Source: Lama guanicoe
Taxonomy: Eukaryota
Assembly (NCBI GenBank): GCA_013239625.1
Contig: MU053933.1
Location: 2,629,026-2,693,025 of the forward strand
Direction: 5' to 3'
DNA: 64,000 bases
Part shown: piece after piece, positions 49,269 to 63,089 of the stretch
Layout of the letters: every line of letters begins with the position of its first letter
How positions within the stretch are numbered: position 1 is the first letter of the stretch
Position numbers and translations under genes: made by a program
The notes under the pieces: generated by a model
Databases searched by the model: none
The model's input: the letters and a program-made list of their open reading frames with translations, nothing else
Told to the model about the DNA's origin: nothing

Positions 49269-52200
49269 TTGGCATCAAAAGAAAACGTTTTTATTTTGAC
49301 TGCATATATTTGGAAATGCTAAATGACAGACACTGTCTTAAACAACACAAGGAAGGTGAAGAAGAAATGACAAAACAGGAAATAGCAGTTGCAAAATCTC
49401 AAATTTAGTACTGAACTACTCCTATAAACTTAGGACAAACTATAGATTGAGACTAAGCTAACAGGAATAATACGTAGTTTGAATGGGGTTGTCTTGCTTA
49501 AGTTTTTCTTCTTGTTCCGCTTCTTTTTTTTCCTTCATTAAATTTTTAAATTTTTATTTCTTTACTTAGCTTAGGTTTTCAAACCAACCAAAATTTATTC
49601 GGGTCAATATCCAGGAGTTGCTGCTACCTTGTCAACAGCAGCCTAATGCACAGAGAGTTCTCTGTCTCCAACATCTCTACCAGGACAAGCTTCGAGGATG
49701 CTGTAGGTCACAGCAAACATTTAATTTCAACCAGAATACAGCGCTGCAGACCACACTGCTCAGGGTCCGAGCGGGGGAGGCGGGCAGTAACGGGACGGCG
49801 GCTACACCGCTCCCCTCCCAGGAGACGCTGTGGCGTCGATATGCAACCAGGGCAGACGAGGGGGAGCTGGATGCACATGTCCCCCCAGACACACATGCGG
49901 ACGTGGTGCGGTGGTCGTGGTGCAGTGGTCGTGGGGGTCAGACCCGGGCGCTGGGAGCTGAGCCAGCCCCACAGGCGTCCCCGGAGCCCTGAGTCCTCAC
50001 AGGGAGACCCTCCTCCTTGCTGGGGGCCCGGTGCCTGGGGCCCCCCACCTCGAACCCTGTGCTGCCCCCACGCCCCATTGGTCCCCAGCGCTGCTGTCCC
50101 CCCGCCGTCTCCCGGGGGCCCGGGCCGGGGGGGCCCTCAGCAGGCGCTCTGCCAGGGACGCCAGCTGGCCGACCTTGTCCTGCAGCGCCCGCTCCCTTCG
50201 GGCGTTCGCCTCCGCCAGCCTTTCTTTCTCCCCCTCCTTCTGCTGGACTCACTGCTTCCACGTGGTGACCTTCCGGGCCAGCAGCTCCCGAATTCGTGGG
50301 GACAGAGGCTTTTCCTGCCTGTCCTCCCTCCCTCTCTGCCGAGGCTGCTCCCCCGTGCTCTCTGCCGCTTGGAGGCTGGGTGTCCCCTGGGTCACGCAGG
50401 AGAGCTGGGGAGGCGGGCGCCTCCCGGCCTTTCCCAGGACGCCCACGGATTCTTGACAAGACGACCTGCTCAGGCTTCTGCCGAGAGCCGGCAGGCACAA
50501 AGTCACTAAGGCGGGAGGGCTGGCCTCCCCGCGGGGTGGCCCGCCGGCCCCATCGGCCTGGGTCGTGTGTCCAGCAGTCCCAGGCCCTTGTCCTCGGACA
50601 TCATCGCGCCCCGGGGAACACCCCTCACCTGGACTCTTCCGTCCCTTCCTGGTACCAGTCCCAGGACGACCAGCCCTGCCGCACACACCAGGGTCCCCCA
50701 GGGAAACAGAAGTTTCAGGCCTTCCCAAACCAGCCGCCCAGCACCCCCCGGGAGCTCCAGCATCAGTGGGGACACGGGCCTGGGGGCAGAGAGCAGGCCC
50801 CCCGTGGCTGCCGGGGCCCCACAGCTCTGCCTCTGAGGCCAGGGTCCTCTGGGCCCCAACTGACCACTCGGAACCCTGCAGGGCGTTCCGTGTCCAGGTG
50901 AACGGGTCCCTGACGACCGGGGCAGACCCACAGTTGGGCTTGGGGAGGGGCGGCCAGCCAGGTTCTAGGAAACGGTTCCACCAACCTGGCTCTGGAGTCA
51001 GAGTGATGTCACTTCTCCAGGCACCGGGGGAGGGGAGAAGCGCTGGTCCCAGCCTGGAGCTGGGCCACTCTGGCCCCCGCCCGGCCCCACAGGACACCCG
51101 GGGGGTCAGAGCAGGGCCAGGCCAGGACCCTTTCTGCGCACCAGGGCAGGTCCGACCTAGTGGAGGGCCCCGTCCCTGGGGGAGGCCGTTCTCCTGAGTG
51201 AAGGTTCCCTCCAGTGGGGAGGGCTGTGCCCCACCCAGGTAGTAGCTGCACACACACGGGCAGAGACCACACACACGCGGGCAGAGACCACCTACACACG
51301 GGCAGTGAATAGATGTGCACCATGTTTCCTCAGACGCATCTCATTCCATATAAGACGCAGGATGGGGATGCGCCATCCATATTGTGAATTTTAGGTCCTT
51401 GTATCTGGTCACGATTCCTTCTGCTCTGGTTTATCATCGCTCCTAACCTCCATTTCTTTCCAGAAGTCCCTTTGGGGCGTTCGTCCCTGCAGGAGGACTT
51501 GACACGTTTCCATATTGGCTCTTGTTTGACTCAGAATCGTCCCCGTTCTCCCGCCTTCTCTGAGGAATCTCTACCCGGTTCAGTGGTTTCCCTTCACCCT
51601 GGCCCACGTCTTCCTGGTACAGAGAAGAGCTTTAGGGTTTTGCCTTTTTCTTCATCACTGCGTGGAGGCCTCACAGCCGGTTCCAATGTTGTTTCTGTCC
51701 GTATGTTTTGGACAAGTATTTAAGGAGCACCTCCGACGTGCAGCGACGGGGTGGGGACAGGTCAGACCCGGGGCCCGCCTCCCTCAGAGGAGCTGAGTTT
51801 CCCAGGGACAGGTCGGCGCAGGCAGGAGGTCCCCGCCGGGTCTGATTCAGCGGTGGGGGTCAACAGATAACGCAGCTGTGAGAGGCTGAGGAGTGGCCCC
51901 AAGGGCACCTCTCAGTCCCTGGGACCTGATCCCCCGCCCCTCCAACACACAAACACACACACACACAGGGATGTCAGGGCCGTGGGAACAAAGGGCCTCG
52001 AGGGAAGCAGCCTCCGCTGGACCCTCTGGGGGCCCCAAGCAGAGCCACGTGTATCCTCCAGGGAGACGTGGAAAGAGCTGACGCACGCGGGGGAAGCGCC
52101 GTGAAGACAGAGCAGAGAGGTCTGCAGACGCTGGTCTCGAGCACTTGTCTACACCGCCGCGGCACCCGTCCTAGACCAGCCACCTGGATGTGTGTTTCCC

Positions 52201-54399
52201 CAGGACGCCTGCACTGACCTCTGCCTGCCCCCGCTCCGCTCCCCAGACTGTTCCCAGCACAGCACCGGGGCCATCTCTGTTCCCAGTCAGCCCCGGGGAA
52301 ATCGCCTCGGGAGTCTGCCAGCAGCTCCCACTTCAGCACAGGCGGGTCCCGAGGCCCAGCCAGGAGCCAGGGCTGACCGCCAGTGCCCATCTCCTCCTCC
52401 TCCACGGGCCTCACTTACTCTGCCGGATGCCCTGGTCTCCTCGCGCTGAACCCGTCCCATCCCCAGGGCCTTTGCACATGCTGCTCTTTACCCTGATGTC
52501 CCCACGGCCCTGTCTTCACACCCTCAGCTCCAGTGTCACCTCCCAGAGAGCCCCCGGCCCACACGGGTTTGAGGATCCCCTTGTGTCTCGAAAACCCTCA
52601 GACAGTCTGGTTCGCACACACTCCTTTGAGACTCAGCCCAGGTATCACCATCAGAAACTCACACTGGGTGTTGCTGTTCCGACTTCTACTGGGAATCCCC
52701 AAGACTCCAGGCCAAACGTTCCCCATCATTCGTGTGCTGAAAACTGGAAAGCCGGCCAGCGGCTCCTCACGCTTTCAGTACAAAGGGATCCCCTGGGTCG
52801 GTCGGACAGCAGATTCTGACTCAGTGACCTCCCGGCTGGGGCTCTGCACCTCTTCCTAGGACCCGAGATGTGGCGTCGCTGCTCCCAGCCCAGCTTCAGG
52901 GGTGGGGTCTGGACAAGCAGATGACCCTCGCCCACGCATCTGGGATACCCAGGGAGAGGCTGGGCCCCCACCCTCTCTTCCCACTGCTGGACGAGTCACT
53001 CCACCTGCCGAGCGTGGGGTCGGCAGCGCCCACTCTGCAGCACTCACTCCGCGGTTCACGGGAGGGGTGATCTGCGGCTGGACACGGGCGAGGGCTCAGT
53101 GGACATGCTCCCGGGGCCCGCGTCTGGGGCCCGGGACTGACCTCTAGCTCTCGGCGCCGGCCGTGCCCGAAGGTCCCCCTGGCTATGCACTCCCTCCTGC
53201 TGTCTTCCAGCCCCTCTGCCCCGGCCCCGAACCCCCCACCGAGACAGGCCCAACAGCAGTGCCTTCCTGGGCCGTCCCTCGGGGGAACCTGCACGTGCAC
53301 CCGACTTTCTCCTAGCCCAGGCCAGCCCGGTCAGCCCTGGCGATGGCGGAGCGTGACCGCAGCGGCCTCAGCCAGCATTCTTCATCAGAACTGTGTTGTT
53401 TATTCTAGGTGTTTCTAATTTCCTTAGAAATTTTATGATCTCCTTGCCAGCTTTCATCTTTAAAAACTGGCTGGGGTTTGGGCTGGGGCGGTGTTGCAAG
53501 GACAGAGAAATCTGGGGAGAACTAACATCCCAGCGATGCGGCTTCCAGGCCGTAAATACCATGCGTGTTTCCACCTGCTGGCTCTTCCCTCACGTCTGCC
53601 GGGATCCTTCCACAGGTCCCCGTCGCCATCTTACGCGGCTGTTGTCAAATTTATCTCCAAGTCACCCTAGGCTTTAAACGCTGTTGTATAGGGTGTTTCT
53701 AAATTTTTATACTCTAAGCTATAAATAAATCACTGTCTGTAAACGTGCACACACACGTGTCCACTGTGTGTTGCATCTCTGCGTCCCCATCTGTCTGTCT
53801 GTCTCTGTTTATCTGTCTCTCTCTCCCGTCAGCTGGTTTAGGGATGTCCATTCCTCACAACCGGCTCAGTCGCATCCCGTGGATCACGGCCCACTTGCAT
53901 CATTAACCTGTGCGTGGTGGGCACGCTTCACGTGTGTGTATTTTAGTGCTGCAGCTCGCATGCCCCGCCACACCTACCGTGACAACCGCATCATGACAGT
54001 AAGCCGTGTCCGCACCCTCCCCAAACCTCCGCCCTACTCCCTTCTACGCAGACGCCACCGTCCTGAAGTTACCTCTGGCTCCATGTGGTCTTCCCCACTG
54101 TGGTTAGACGTCCGCGATGTTTCTAGGTTTCGGCTACTAAGCAATTCTGCACTAAATACTCTCGTGCAGTCTGTTCAGCCCAAACACTGACCGTGTTCTC
54201 GGGCACGCCCTACGACGGGAGTGCTCCGTCTCCGTGGACCGAGGCGCACGGCCGTCTAAAGGTACTTGACGCTCCTTAGCGGAAGATTTCCAGAGTGTGC
54301 CGGTTCACTCCCCCACTGCAAGGACTAGGACGCCCAGTTCGGAGCAGCCCGGACAGAGCTTAGTCAACACATATTATTCAAAACTTTGTAAATTTGGAG

Positions 54400-54842
54400 A
54401 TCAGCCAAGACGGCAGAGTAGGAAGACCCTGAGCTCACCTCCTCCCACACGCACACCTAAGTTACAACTGTTCACAGAGCAACTATGATGAAAAAGACCA
54501 GAACCTACTAGAAAAGATCTTCAATGACTGAAAATATAAAGAAGAAACTACAACGAGAAGGGTGGCAGGGGCCAAGCAGCAGCACAGTGAGACCCACCCC
54601 CAGGGGGGCGCCCACAGGTGGGAGGAGAGCCACAACAACTGCAGGCGCCCCCTCAGGGAGCTGGGGTCCCCAGCCTGGGGGTCCTGCACCAGGAAGACAA
54701 GCCCCCGGGACGTTAGGCTTTGAAGGCCAGTGGGGCTGACTTCCAGGAGTCCCAGAGGGCTGTGGGAACTAGACTCCCCTGGTAAAGGACGCACACAAAA
54801 TCTCACAAGCTCTGGGACCCAGGGCAGAGCAGTAGCTGGAGC
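54400..54842 (+). mobile_element. L1 5'UTR-like fragment
   Basis: caagacggcagagtaggaagaccctgagctcacctcctcccac...ggctttgaaggccagtggggct resembles a laurasiatherian L1 5' end; shares gagctcacctcc with the 22805 element. Confidence 0.65.
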
Positions 54843-54845
54843 AGT

Positions 54846-55332
54846 GCAGGATGGGTAGTGGGCGGTGGGTGGTGAAGAGTGGTTACTGAGTGGTTGACGA
54901 TGGGCGGTGCATGGTGGAAGCTGGATGGTAGCTTCTGAACTGGGGCCAGTGGCTGGCGGTAGATGGAAAACAGTGAGCAGTGGCGGAAGTTGTATGGTGT
55001 ATGGATGATCCTGGATGTTGGACGGTAGACGGTAGATGGTGGACAGTGGGTGACGGACAGTAGGATGTAAGAGGTAAAGGTGGAACATGGGTAGTGGAAG
55101 GTGAAAGGTGGAAAGTTGATCCTGGATAATGGGTGGTGGAGCATGGTGGGTGAAAAGTGGAGTAAGGATGGCGGATGGTGGACGAGGAACAGTGGAAAGT
55201 GGATGATGGATATGAAAGGTGGTTGCTGGGAGGTAAAAGGCAGTAGGTGGGTGTGGAAGGTGGGTGTGGGTAATGGATTGTGATGGTGGAATATGGAAGG
55301 TGAAGAGTGGGTGGTGGATGGTGGGCCGTGTG
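54846..55332. repeat. Second degenerate (TGGA/TGG)n tract
   Basis: Same word content and strand polarity as 45815-47606. Confidence 0.85.
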
Positions 55333-58300
55333 TGAAGTGGGCAGTGGAAGTTCCCGTCACCTCTCTGGCGTTTATACTACAATGACTCCTGTAATCTCTG
55401 CAGCACAGGAGGCCGCACCCTTATGTGGGCCTTTGATAGTGACCGGCTTGGGCTCTGGAGCCTTCCCGACCCCATCTTGGAGGGTTCCCTTCACTCGAGG
55501 GGTTTCAGACTGTGCTGGTGATGGAGGGCTGGGGGCCCCGGGGGCCAGCGACCTGACATGACTCTGTGGAGGACGAGGCTGCAGGGGGCCCAGGCGTCGG
55601 GGCGGCCCGGGGGTGGGGAGGGGCTGGGGCTCGGAGGGCATGCGCGAGGGGCGCAGGGGAGCCTGGGGCATCGGTGGCGGGGTTTGGGGAGAAGCCAGCC
55701 GTGGGGGCTCGCTGCGAGGGGGTGGGGGCGTGGGCCCGGGTGAAAGGCTGGAGCAACGGTTGACCGTGTCCAAGCGCACACACAGAGAGGAGGAAAGAAG
55801 CGTTTATTTCAAGCCTTCAGTATGCACAACCGGCCAGAAGTGCATTGTTTGTCAGGGCTACGGTCAGAAGATTTAGTCGTCAGCTGCAGTACGTGAGGAG
55901 ACACAGGGTTTCAGAAATCTTTTAAGGATGTGGAGCAGAACCAGAACAGCGAGCGCCTCTCTTGGAGACCCCCTGGGCCCTCCCCACCCCACGTGGCCCC
56001 CTGCACCGGAGGTCCCGTGGTGCTTTCTGCTCAGGCTCTGTCTGCAGAGAGCTTGGTCTCCCCCAACCTGGGTGCCCAGGGTGTGCGTCCAGCCAAGCCT
56101 GGCACCCCCCAGACCGCAGGCCCCAGGCTCGGGCAGGCCCGGGGGGCTCAGGACAAAGACCTGAACATCCGGGTGCAAGACCTTCCAGGCTCGGCGTCCT
56201 CAGAGCCAGCTTCCTCCTGGGCATCTCGAGCCCTCGCCCCGCCGCCTGCTTTGGGGGAGAAAGAGCCGGTTTCTTCTCAGAGGCAAACCCAGCAGCTGAG
56301 CGGAGCTGGAGGCGGGAAGAGCTTATTCAGAACTGGAATATTTTTAAGCCAAGTCAGAAGAGTGCGACCTTCAAAAGCAGCGTTTGTCCTTCTGCTTCGG
56401 CCCAGAGCTAATCAGCTTAGCAGGAGGCCTGGGCCGCCCGGCCAGGCAGGCAGGCACCGCAGTCCGGGTTGATCTTTCACAGAAGGAAAACCCCGTCTCT
56501 CCCCAGTGCCCGCTGTTTGTTCTGGGTCTCCCCTCAGAAGCAGCTCGCGCTGGGCCATTAAAAGGACAAAGCAGAGACTGTCTCTTTCCGGGAGAATGTC
56601 AAGGCGCTTTATACGGAACCGTCTAGGGCAGGAATGCTGGCTGCTGTTGAATACCGTCACCTGCCACCCAGAGCAGCCAACCCGGCCCCTTCCCCGTGTC
56701 CCCCGCAGGGCAGCGCCCAGCGTGGTCAGAGCGTCGCTGCGGTTCCTGCCTGCTCTCAGCACCCGTGCGGCGCCAGCGGAGGAGGAAGTACCTTTTAGGG
56801 CACCTGTCCGTGGTTAAACTGAAGACGTCGTGGGGACAAAGCCGATTCCTGGCGACAAAGAGGATGGGTGACCTGGCCTCAGGCGATCAAAGGGACGTTA
56901 TGATTCAAAATTCATTACTGTCAGTTTGCGGCGCTCGCGGCTCTGTGCCCCGCCCCGCAACGGAACTAAGAGGGAGGATGGGGGTGGGGGACCCCCAGGA
57001 GACCCACTCACAGAGTTCACCGAAGGAAACACATGGATGAGCTGGGGAGTTTTTAAAGAATAAAAGGGACAGAATAAACAAAAGTTTGGATGAATACACG
57101 AAGATGTTCGGAAAGGTAAGCGCCTGGAAAGGGAGTCGCGCGGATCTCGTGCACAGGAGTCCCCGGGATTTGCCAAAGCAAAGTGCTGGGCTGCCAGGAG
57201 TGCGAGCGGCAAGCAGGGAGGCAGCCCGGCCCGGGCGGCGTCTCCTGCGCTGCTCTCGCTCGCGCGATCGGCCCTCCGGAGCCACCAGTCCAAGGCGTGG
57301 ACGGTGGGGCGCAGGGGCCAGCGGGGCCCTGTGTGCCCAAATCCTTGGGGTGAGGACGTGTGGACTGGGAAATTCCAGACACTGAGAGGAACCAGTGGTT
57401 ACATGTGCATCTCAACAGCGCTGAAGGGTCCCCGCGCAACGGAGGCAGCCTGTGCCTTTCAAACCAAGAGTGTGAATAGAAATAAAAATATTACGCATTT
57501 CACTTCCTGCAGCAGAGAGCACGGGGGGAGCTGAGAACCCCCCCCGGACCCCCCCGCCCCCCACACACGCTGGGGGCGGTGCTACGAGCACCATCTAAAG
57601 CTTGCCACGGGCTGCGCTTTGGGACGGGGCGGCTGCAGAGGATGTCACGCCCACCCTGGCAACGACAGCAAATCCAGACAAGCTCGTGTCCCCCTGAAGC
57701 CCTGAGAGTGTGGCAGTCCTGGGACAACCAGTGAGACCTGAGGAGAGAGGCAGGCGCCCGTGGGGAGAGGGCCCCAGACACAGCCCCCAGAGGGGGAAGA
57801 AACCAGACAGAAACCACAGGAAGGGGGCCCTGAGCCGAGAGGAGCTGGCACCTCTCGAGAGCCTCGTGGCATCCTGGGGGACGGGGCACAGGCCAATCTC
57901 TCTCCCTGAGGAAGAGGCAGGGGTGCAGGCTGGGCCCCAATGCTGGAGAACCCTGTTCCTGGGGAGGGCAGGATAACCGGGAAGACCCCACCTCAAGCCC
58001 CAGGGACCCCCCACCTGCCTGAGACGGCAGGATGTGGGGCCATGAATCTTATCTCAGTAAAAGCAATTATGAGACCGGGACTGGTGGAGACGACAGACAG
58101 GGCAGGGCAGCACGCACAGAGCTGGGAGAGGCCAGAAAACGGGCGAGAGCGAGCACTGACAAGGCGCGGCAAGCAGGCCGCCCGGGAAGCCGGCTCCGGA
58201 CTGCCCGTGTGATGGGGTCCGGACTCTGCAGCAAAACGACCAAAGCTGGTGAAAAGGTTTTTTTTTAATTTTAAGTCTCTGGGATTCGTCCTAAGGATAT

Positions 58301-59059
58301 ACAGCAAACAGACTGGGGCTTCCTTCCCCCACGGAGCTCGCAGCCCCGGTGGAGACTCTGCCCCGGGCGCAGCAGGCCCAGAGCTGGGGGCCCTTATCAC
58401 CCTTGCTCCAGGCCCTGGTAGGAGGCACGCCACAGGGGCCACACGAGGCGACCCCCCTGCCCAGGGTCCTGCTCGCGGTCGGGAGGCCACTCCGAGGGAA
58501 GTGGGCCATGCTCCCCAGCCACATTCAGAGGTTTCGCTCAGGGAAAGGCAGGCCGTGAGGGACGAGAACGCCAGCGCTCTCCCCAGAGAACGGGCTTCCT
58601 GGAGACCGCGTGTGGGGACGTCAAGCCTGAGGCTGCTCTTGAAAACTACGGGGGTGGGATTGGTGAGAAGCAACCAAGGGGAGACAGCTCATTAGAGAAA
58701 GAGGCTAAACCAGAGACCAGTTAGTTGACCAGCAAGAACAAGGGGCAGGGACAGCCAAGAAGAGACCACCTGGGCTCAGGCCAAGCCTCCAAGACTTGCC
58801 GCAAACTCAACGCCCGCAAAGGGGCCCGTGTTCACCGGGACAGACGGTGGAGGTGGCGGGCCCCCGGGCAGCCCTGAAAACAACAGGGCCACCAGCAGGC
58901 CACCAGCGGGCCACCAGTGGGCACCAAGAGCCAGGTGTGGCACCGAAGGAGTCAGAGGTCAGGGAAAGAGAGCCCTTCCAGAACCACTGTCCCCAGGGGT
59001 GGCCGTGGCCTCCGAGCCAGGGCACCAAAGGCTTCACACTGTGGGAGAAAAGACATCAC

Positions 59060-60335
59060 TTGTTCCCTTTTTTTGTCTCAGTTTTTAAAAAGTGCATAAC
59101 ATTATATAAAGTAATAATGATGAATTGCTGGGTTTGTGACATGGGAAATATATTACATACGGTATTTATACAGTATAATTGTGTTTATATTTCATAATGG
59201 CACAGAAGGGGAAGAGGGACTGGAACTGCACTGGAGCAGTGTTTCTGTAACTCACTGGGACAAAGTTAGTACAAATCTGAAGTAGATTCTGATAAGAAGT
59301 ACATGGTAAGCCTGAGAGTCACTACAAGGAAAGTAACAAAAAATACAATTAAAAGAGTAATTAAGGAATTAAAATGTTATCTTAGAAAATACACACTAAA
59401 TGCAAAAAAAGCAGCAAATTAGGAATAAATAAAGGAAGCAAAAAAGCAAAACGTCAGATGAACATCCAACTGTATTAACAATTACATTAAATACAAGTGG
59501 ATTAAACACAATCAAGAGGCACATACCGTCAGACTGAACCCCCTAAAGAAAATGATTTCACTATATAATGCCTCTAAGAGACACACTTTAGAGTCAAAGG
59601 TATGAATAGCCTGAAAGTAAAGGATGCAAAAAAATTTTTACCGTGGGAATAGCAACCATAAGAGAGCTGGAGTGACTACACTAGTATCAAACAAAACAGA
59701 TTTTAGATCAAACAAAAATGGTCACTAGAGATAAAAGGAATATTCTATAATGACATGAGGGTCAATAAACCAGGAATATAAATAGTTGTGATCACACACA
59801 CGCACCTGACAACAGACACCAAAACACACGGCGTGGAAGACGACTGAGGTGAAAACAGGACCAGACCATCCAGCAGCAACGGCTGGAGACCTCAGCGCAC
59901 CGCTCACCGCTTGCAGTAGTGGGCAGAGCAGAGAGGCAGGACACCGAGTGCACAAACAGCCTGGACAACACTGGGAACCAACCAACCCTCACACACACCT
60001 GAGGTCACCCACCCAGCAAAGCCCAGCGCACCGTCTCCTCAGGGCGCGCGGCTCGATCTCTGGGAGAGACACGTGCTAGGCCACAAGACAGACTCAGGAA
60101 GCGTAAAGGGTTAAAATAATACAGAGTATGTTCTCTGACCAAAAGGATGAAATGTAAATATGGGAAATTCACACATACGTGCAAATTATACAACACACTC
60201 CTGAATAGCCAGTGATTCAAAGAAGAAATCGCAGAGGAAATTAAAAACTTTGAGATGAATTAAACTTACGGGATGCGGCTAAAGTGGTTCGTAGGTGGAA
60301 TTCGTAGCCATAAATGCCTGTATTAAAATTGAAGG
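59060..60335 (+). mobile_element. Old L1M fragment covering the inter-ORF region and ORF2 endonuclease
   Basis: attacattaaatacaagtggattaaac (ITLN..GLN), gagacacactttagagtcaaagg...ctgaaagtaaaggatg (ETHFR...LKVKG), agtatgttctctgacca (SMFSD). Confidence 0.85.
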
Positions 60336-60339
60336 AAGG

Positions 60340-60850
60340 AGTCCCATCATTTTGGTGGGTTTGTATGTTTCTCTCGTGTATCTACAGATTTTTGCTTTAC
60401 ACGTTTTGAGGCAATATGATGGTGGTGGTGGTGGTGGTGCAAAACTGGAATCTTTCATGACAGACTTAAAAACCCATAGGTGGTCATCCTCTCTTTTCAC
60501 AAAGAATCTCTGTCTTAGGCCTATTTCATCTGCTATGAATGTCAGCAAGTTCAACTCTTTTTTGTAGAGTATTTGACTGGCTTACCTTTTCTGATTTTGA
60601 CCTTCTTTCATGCCCTTGATTTGAAGGTTGATCTCTTACAAACAGGGGAGCCACGCTGCCTGCTTTCCAGGTGTCCCACCTGGCCAACATCCCCTTTTGC
60701 TGACCAGAGGGCCTTGGTTTGGACAATATGGCACGTGACTCCCCTACTTACAGACAGCAGATCTCTGGGATCTTAAAAACTGTCTAATGTGACGTTATCT
60801 GTGTAACTTGGTCCATTTTCATACATTTTGTACATGTAACTGCTGCCATC
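60340..60850 (-). mobile_element. Ancient L1ME-like antisense fragment
   Basis: T-rich words ttttgctttacacgttttgaggc and tttgaaggttgatctcttacaaacag. Confidence 0.45.
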
Positions 60851-62436
60851 GTTGGATTTATTTTTCCCGCATGGCGCTATGGCCAAAGGGACGGAGTCCG
60901 CAGCTGCGCCCGGGGGACCCGTGCTCGGAGAGGTCATCCCTGACCGCGGCCAGACCGTGCACCTCTGCCCCGGGGAGGTGCTCCTCCGGACGAAGCAGTG
61001 TGACCAGGTGTGGGGCGCCAGGGGGCGGGGGCACAAGCGAGGTGCCGAGGTCGGGCGAACCAGCCCCTCCTCAGACCCCACCCCCGCTGCCCGCCTGCTG
61101 CCCAGGCAAGGATGTCCTGCAGACCCCAAGTCCGGGGGTGAGCCGGCGTCCTGGGGGTGCTGCCCGGCCCACAGGCAGGGGCTCCCGGGCCGCTGGCCAG
61201 CTGGGCAGCGGCTGCAGCAGCAGGGAGCGCCCAGGGCGAGCCATGGCGGGGCGGGCCTGCAGGGCATCTGCTGCTTCAGGGCTGCGGGGGCGCAGGCGGG
61301 CACGCAGGTGGGAGTAAAGGCGCGGGCGGGACAGCTGCGGCCCCCGTTAACTGTGCCACTCCGCCGCGGACAGGCTTTCCGCCTTCCTGCCTGTGTTTTT
61401 CCTTCCTGCCTATTTTAAGGCCAGAGTTGCTGTCTGCCTCTCCGGAGCCCTCCTGGGCTCCGCGGAGGGCAGGTGGTCCGGCAGCTGCTGGGACAGCTGG
61501 GCGGGGGAGGTGGCTAGCCCGCAGGGTCGCGTGGGGTCACGGTCACAGTCACAGGGAGGCCACGTCCTTCTAAGCGCAGGCCAGTTTTCAGGTCTGTGGG
61601 AGGGTCCCCAGCCCGCCATCAGCACTGAGAATCCTCTTATCTCAGACGTGTGGCCACAGGTGGCCTCGGCGGCACCATCCTCAGAAGGTGGAACCACAAA
61701 CAGTGAGGCAAGCCTAAGAATGAGCCGGCCACCCCCAACTCACCCAGACGAACCCGTGTGTTCACTTTTTGCACACATTTCACATTAATCGACTCATGGT
61801 CACCAAGACGGCGTCTGTGTGTGTGGATACTGTCCCTTTTCCACTTGACTTCAAACCAGCGCTTTCCGACGCGCCTCCTAATCCTGTGACACTCTTCAAT
61901 ACCCCGTGTGTCTGTTTAGGCGAAGTGCACCATCTCTCTGTACTGCACACTGAGTCAAATTGCTCTTTTTTATAGACAAGGCTGCAATACATGCTTTCAT
62001 GGTGGTTTTATTGCCAGTGAGATATCTGCTTCAGCTAAATCCCCACCAGCAGGATTGCTGGGCCAAAGGCCAGCTCCAGGATTTCTGCTATTTTTTTTTA
62101 ACCAAAACTGATCACAATAATTTATTGAGCACTGTTTGCAGAGGGGTTGTGTTCAAGTTGGTTCAGGGTCAGGACCCAGGCCATCCTGAAGTCTGTACAG
62201 GATTACAGACTCGTTACCCCTGATGCAGACGAATTACAGACCCTGTAAAAGAAAGAACAAGTCTGTACGTGCTGAGCAGAAACGACGGTCTACCACGTCT
62301 GCTGTGTTGTTCACTACCTGAGCATGCTCTCCCTTTTCACCACGGTTGACTGGTTTAAAAAGCATCCATTTCAGTAGATGCAATATTTATACTAATAACA
62401 CTCACTGGCAGACATTCATTGAAGTTTTTTTTTTTA

Positions 62437-62625
62437 TGTTCCTGCCATCCTAGTGGGCACTTCCCATGAATTCTCATGTTTAATCCTTATGATGACCTGA
62501 AACAGGGGCCCTATTTTATTTTATTAGTTGGGAATCCAGGGCTCAGAGCAATCAGTGGCCCAAAGTCACACAGCTGGTCAGAGGCACAGCTGGGGTCACA
62601 CTGGTCCCTTAAATGCAGAGCTCAC
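62437..62625 (-). mobile_element. MIR SINE
   Basis: tttaatccttatgatgacctga...agggctcagag...gcccaaagtcacacagctggtcagaggcacagctggg matches the MIR core. Confidence 0.75.
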
Positions 62626-62645
62626 TTCTGCGACAGGGCATCACC

Positions 62646-62823
62646 CCTGCACCTCCTGCACCGCCTGCACCTCCTGCATCTCCTGCACCGCCTGCAGCTC
62701 CTGCACCGCCTGCACCGCCTGCAGCTCCTGCACCTCCCGCACCGCCTGCACCTCCTGCACCGCCTGCAGCTCCTGTACCTCCTGCAGCTCCTGCACCTCC
62801 TGCACCGCCTGCACCTCCTGCAT
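62646..62823. repeat. 9-bp minisatellite CCTGCA(C/G)C(T/G), about 20 copies
   Basis: Directly visible tandem units cctgcacct, cctgcaccg and cctgcagct. Confidence 0.97.
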
Positions 62824-63089
62824 CCCAGCCCCCCACCCAGCCCTGCCGCATGCGGGGGCAGAGCTACTGAGGAGACGCTGGAGATAAAAGGAGGGACTGC
62901 GTTTGGGAATCGTATTCTCCTCCGTGTTCAGAACTCAAAACCCAACATGGCCTCATTGCTCCCTGGGGCTAAAAATTAATAGAAGTCCAACTGACCTGTG
63001 GGTGCCAAGCCAGCTCTGTCCCCCTGGACACCAAGAGGGACACCCCGTCAACTCGGATCCTGGTGTGATCTGCAGGACTCGGGCTGCGG

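Noticed and set aside
7513..51303. Short local duplications (cacgtgcccctgctc x2 near 7515, ggctcctggcagggac x2 near 17247, gctgcagcggtcag x2 near 25908, cacacgggcag x3 near 51253)
   Set aside because: Ordinary slippage duplications; no spacers, so not CRISPR-like.
47700..59000. Many 100-340 aa ORFs; possible exons of a neighbouring gene such as POFUT2
   Set aside because: Pro/Gly/Arg/Ala-rich ORFs expected from high GC; no recognisable protein sequence or exon chain.
62476..62979. Metallothionein-like (CTSCTAC), poly-His/Leu and Pro/Ala ORFs
   Set aside because: All are frames of the same 9-bp minisatellite; no splice or promoter support.
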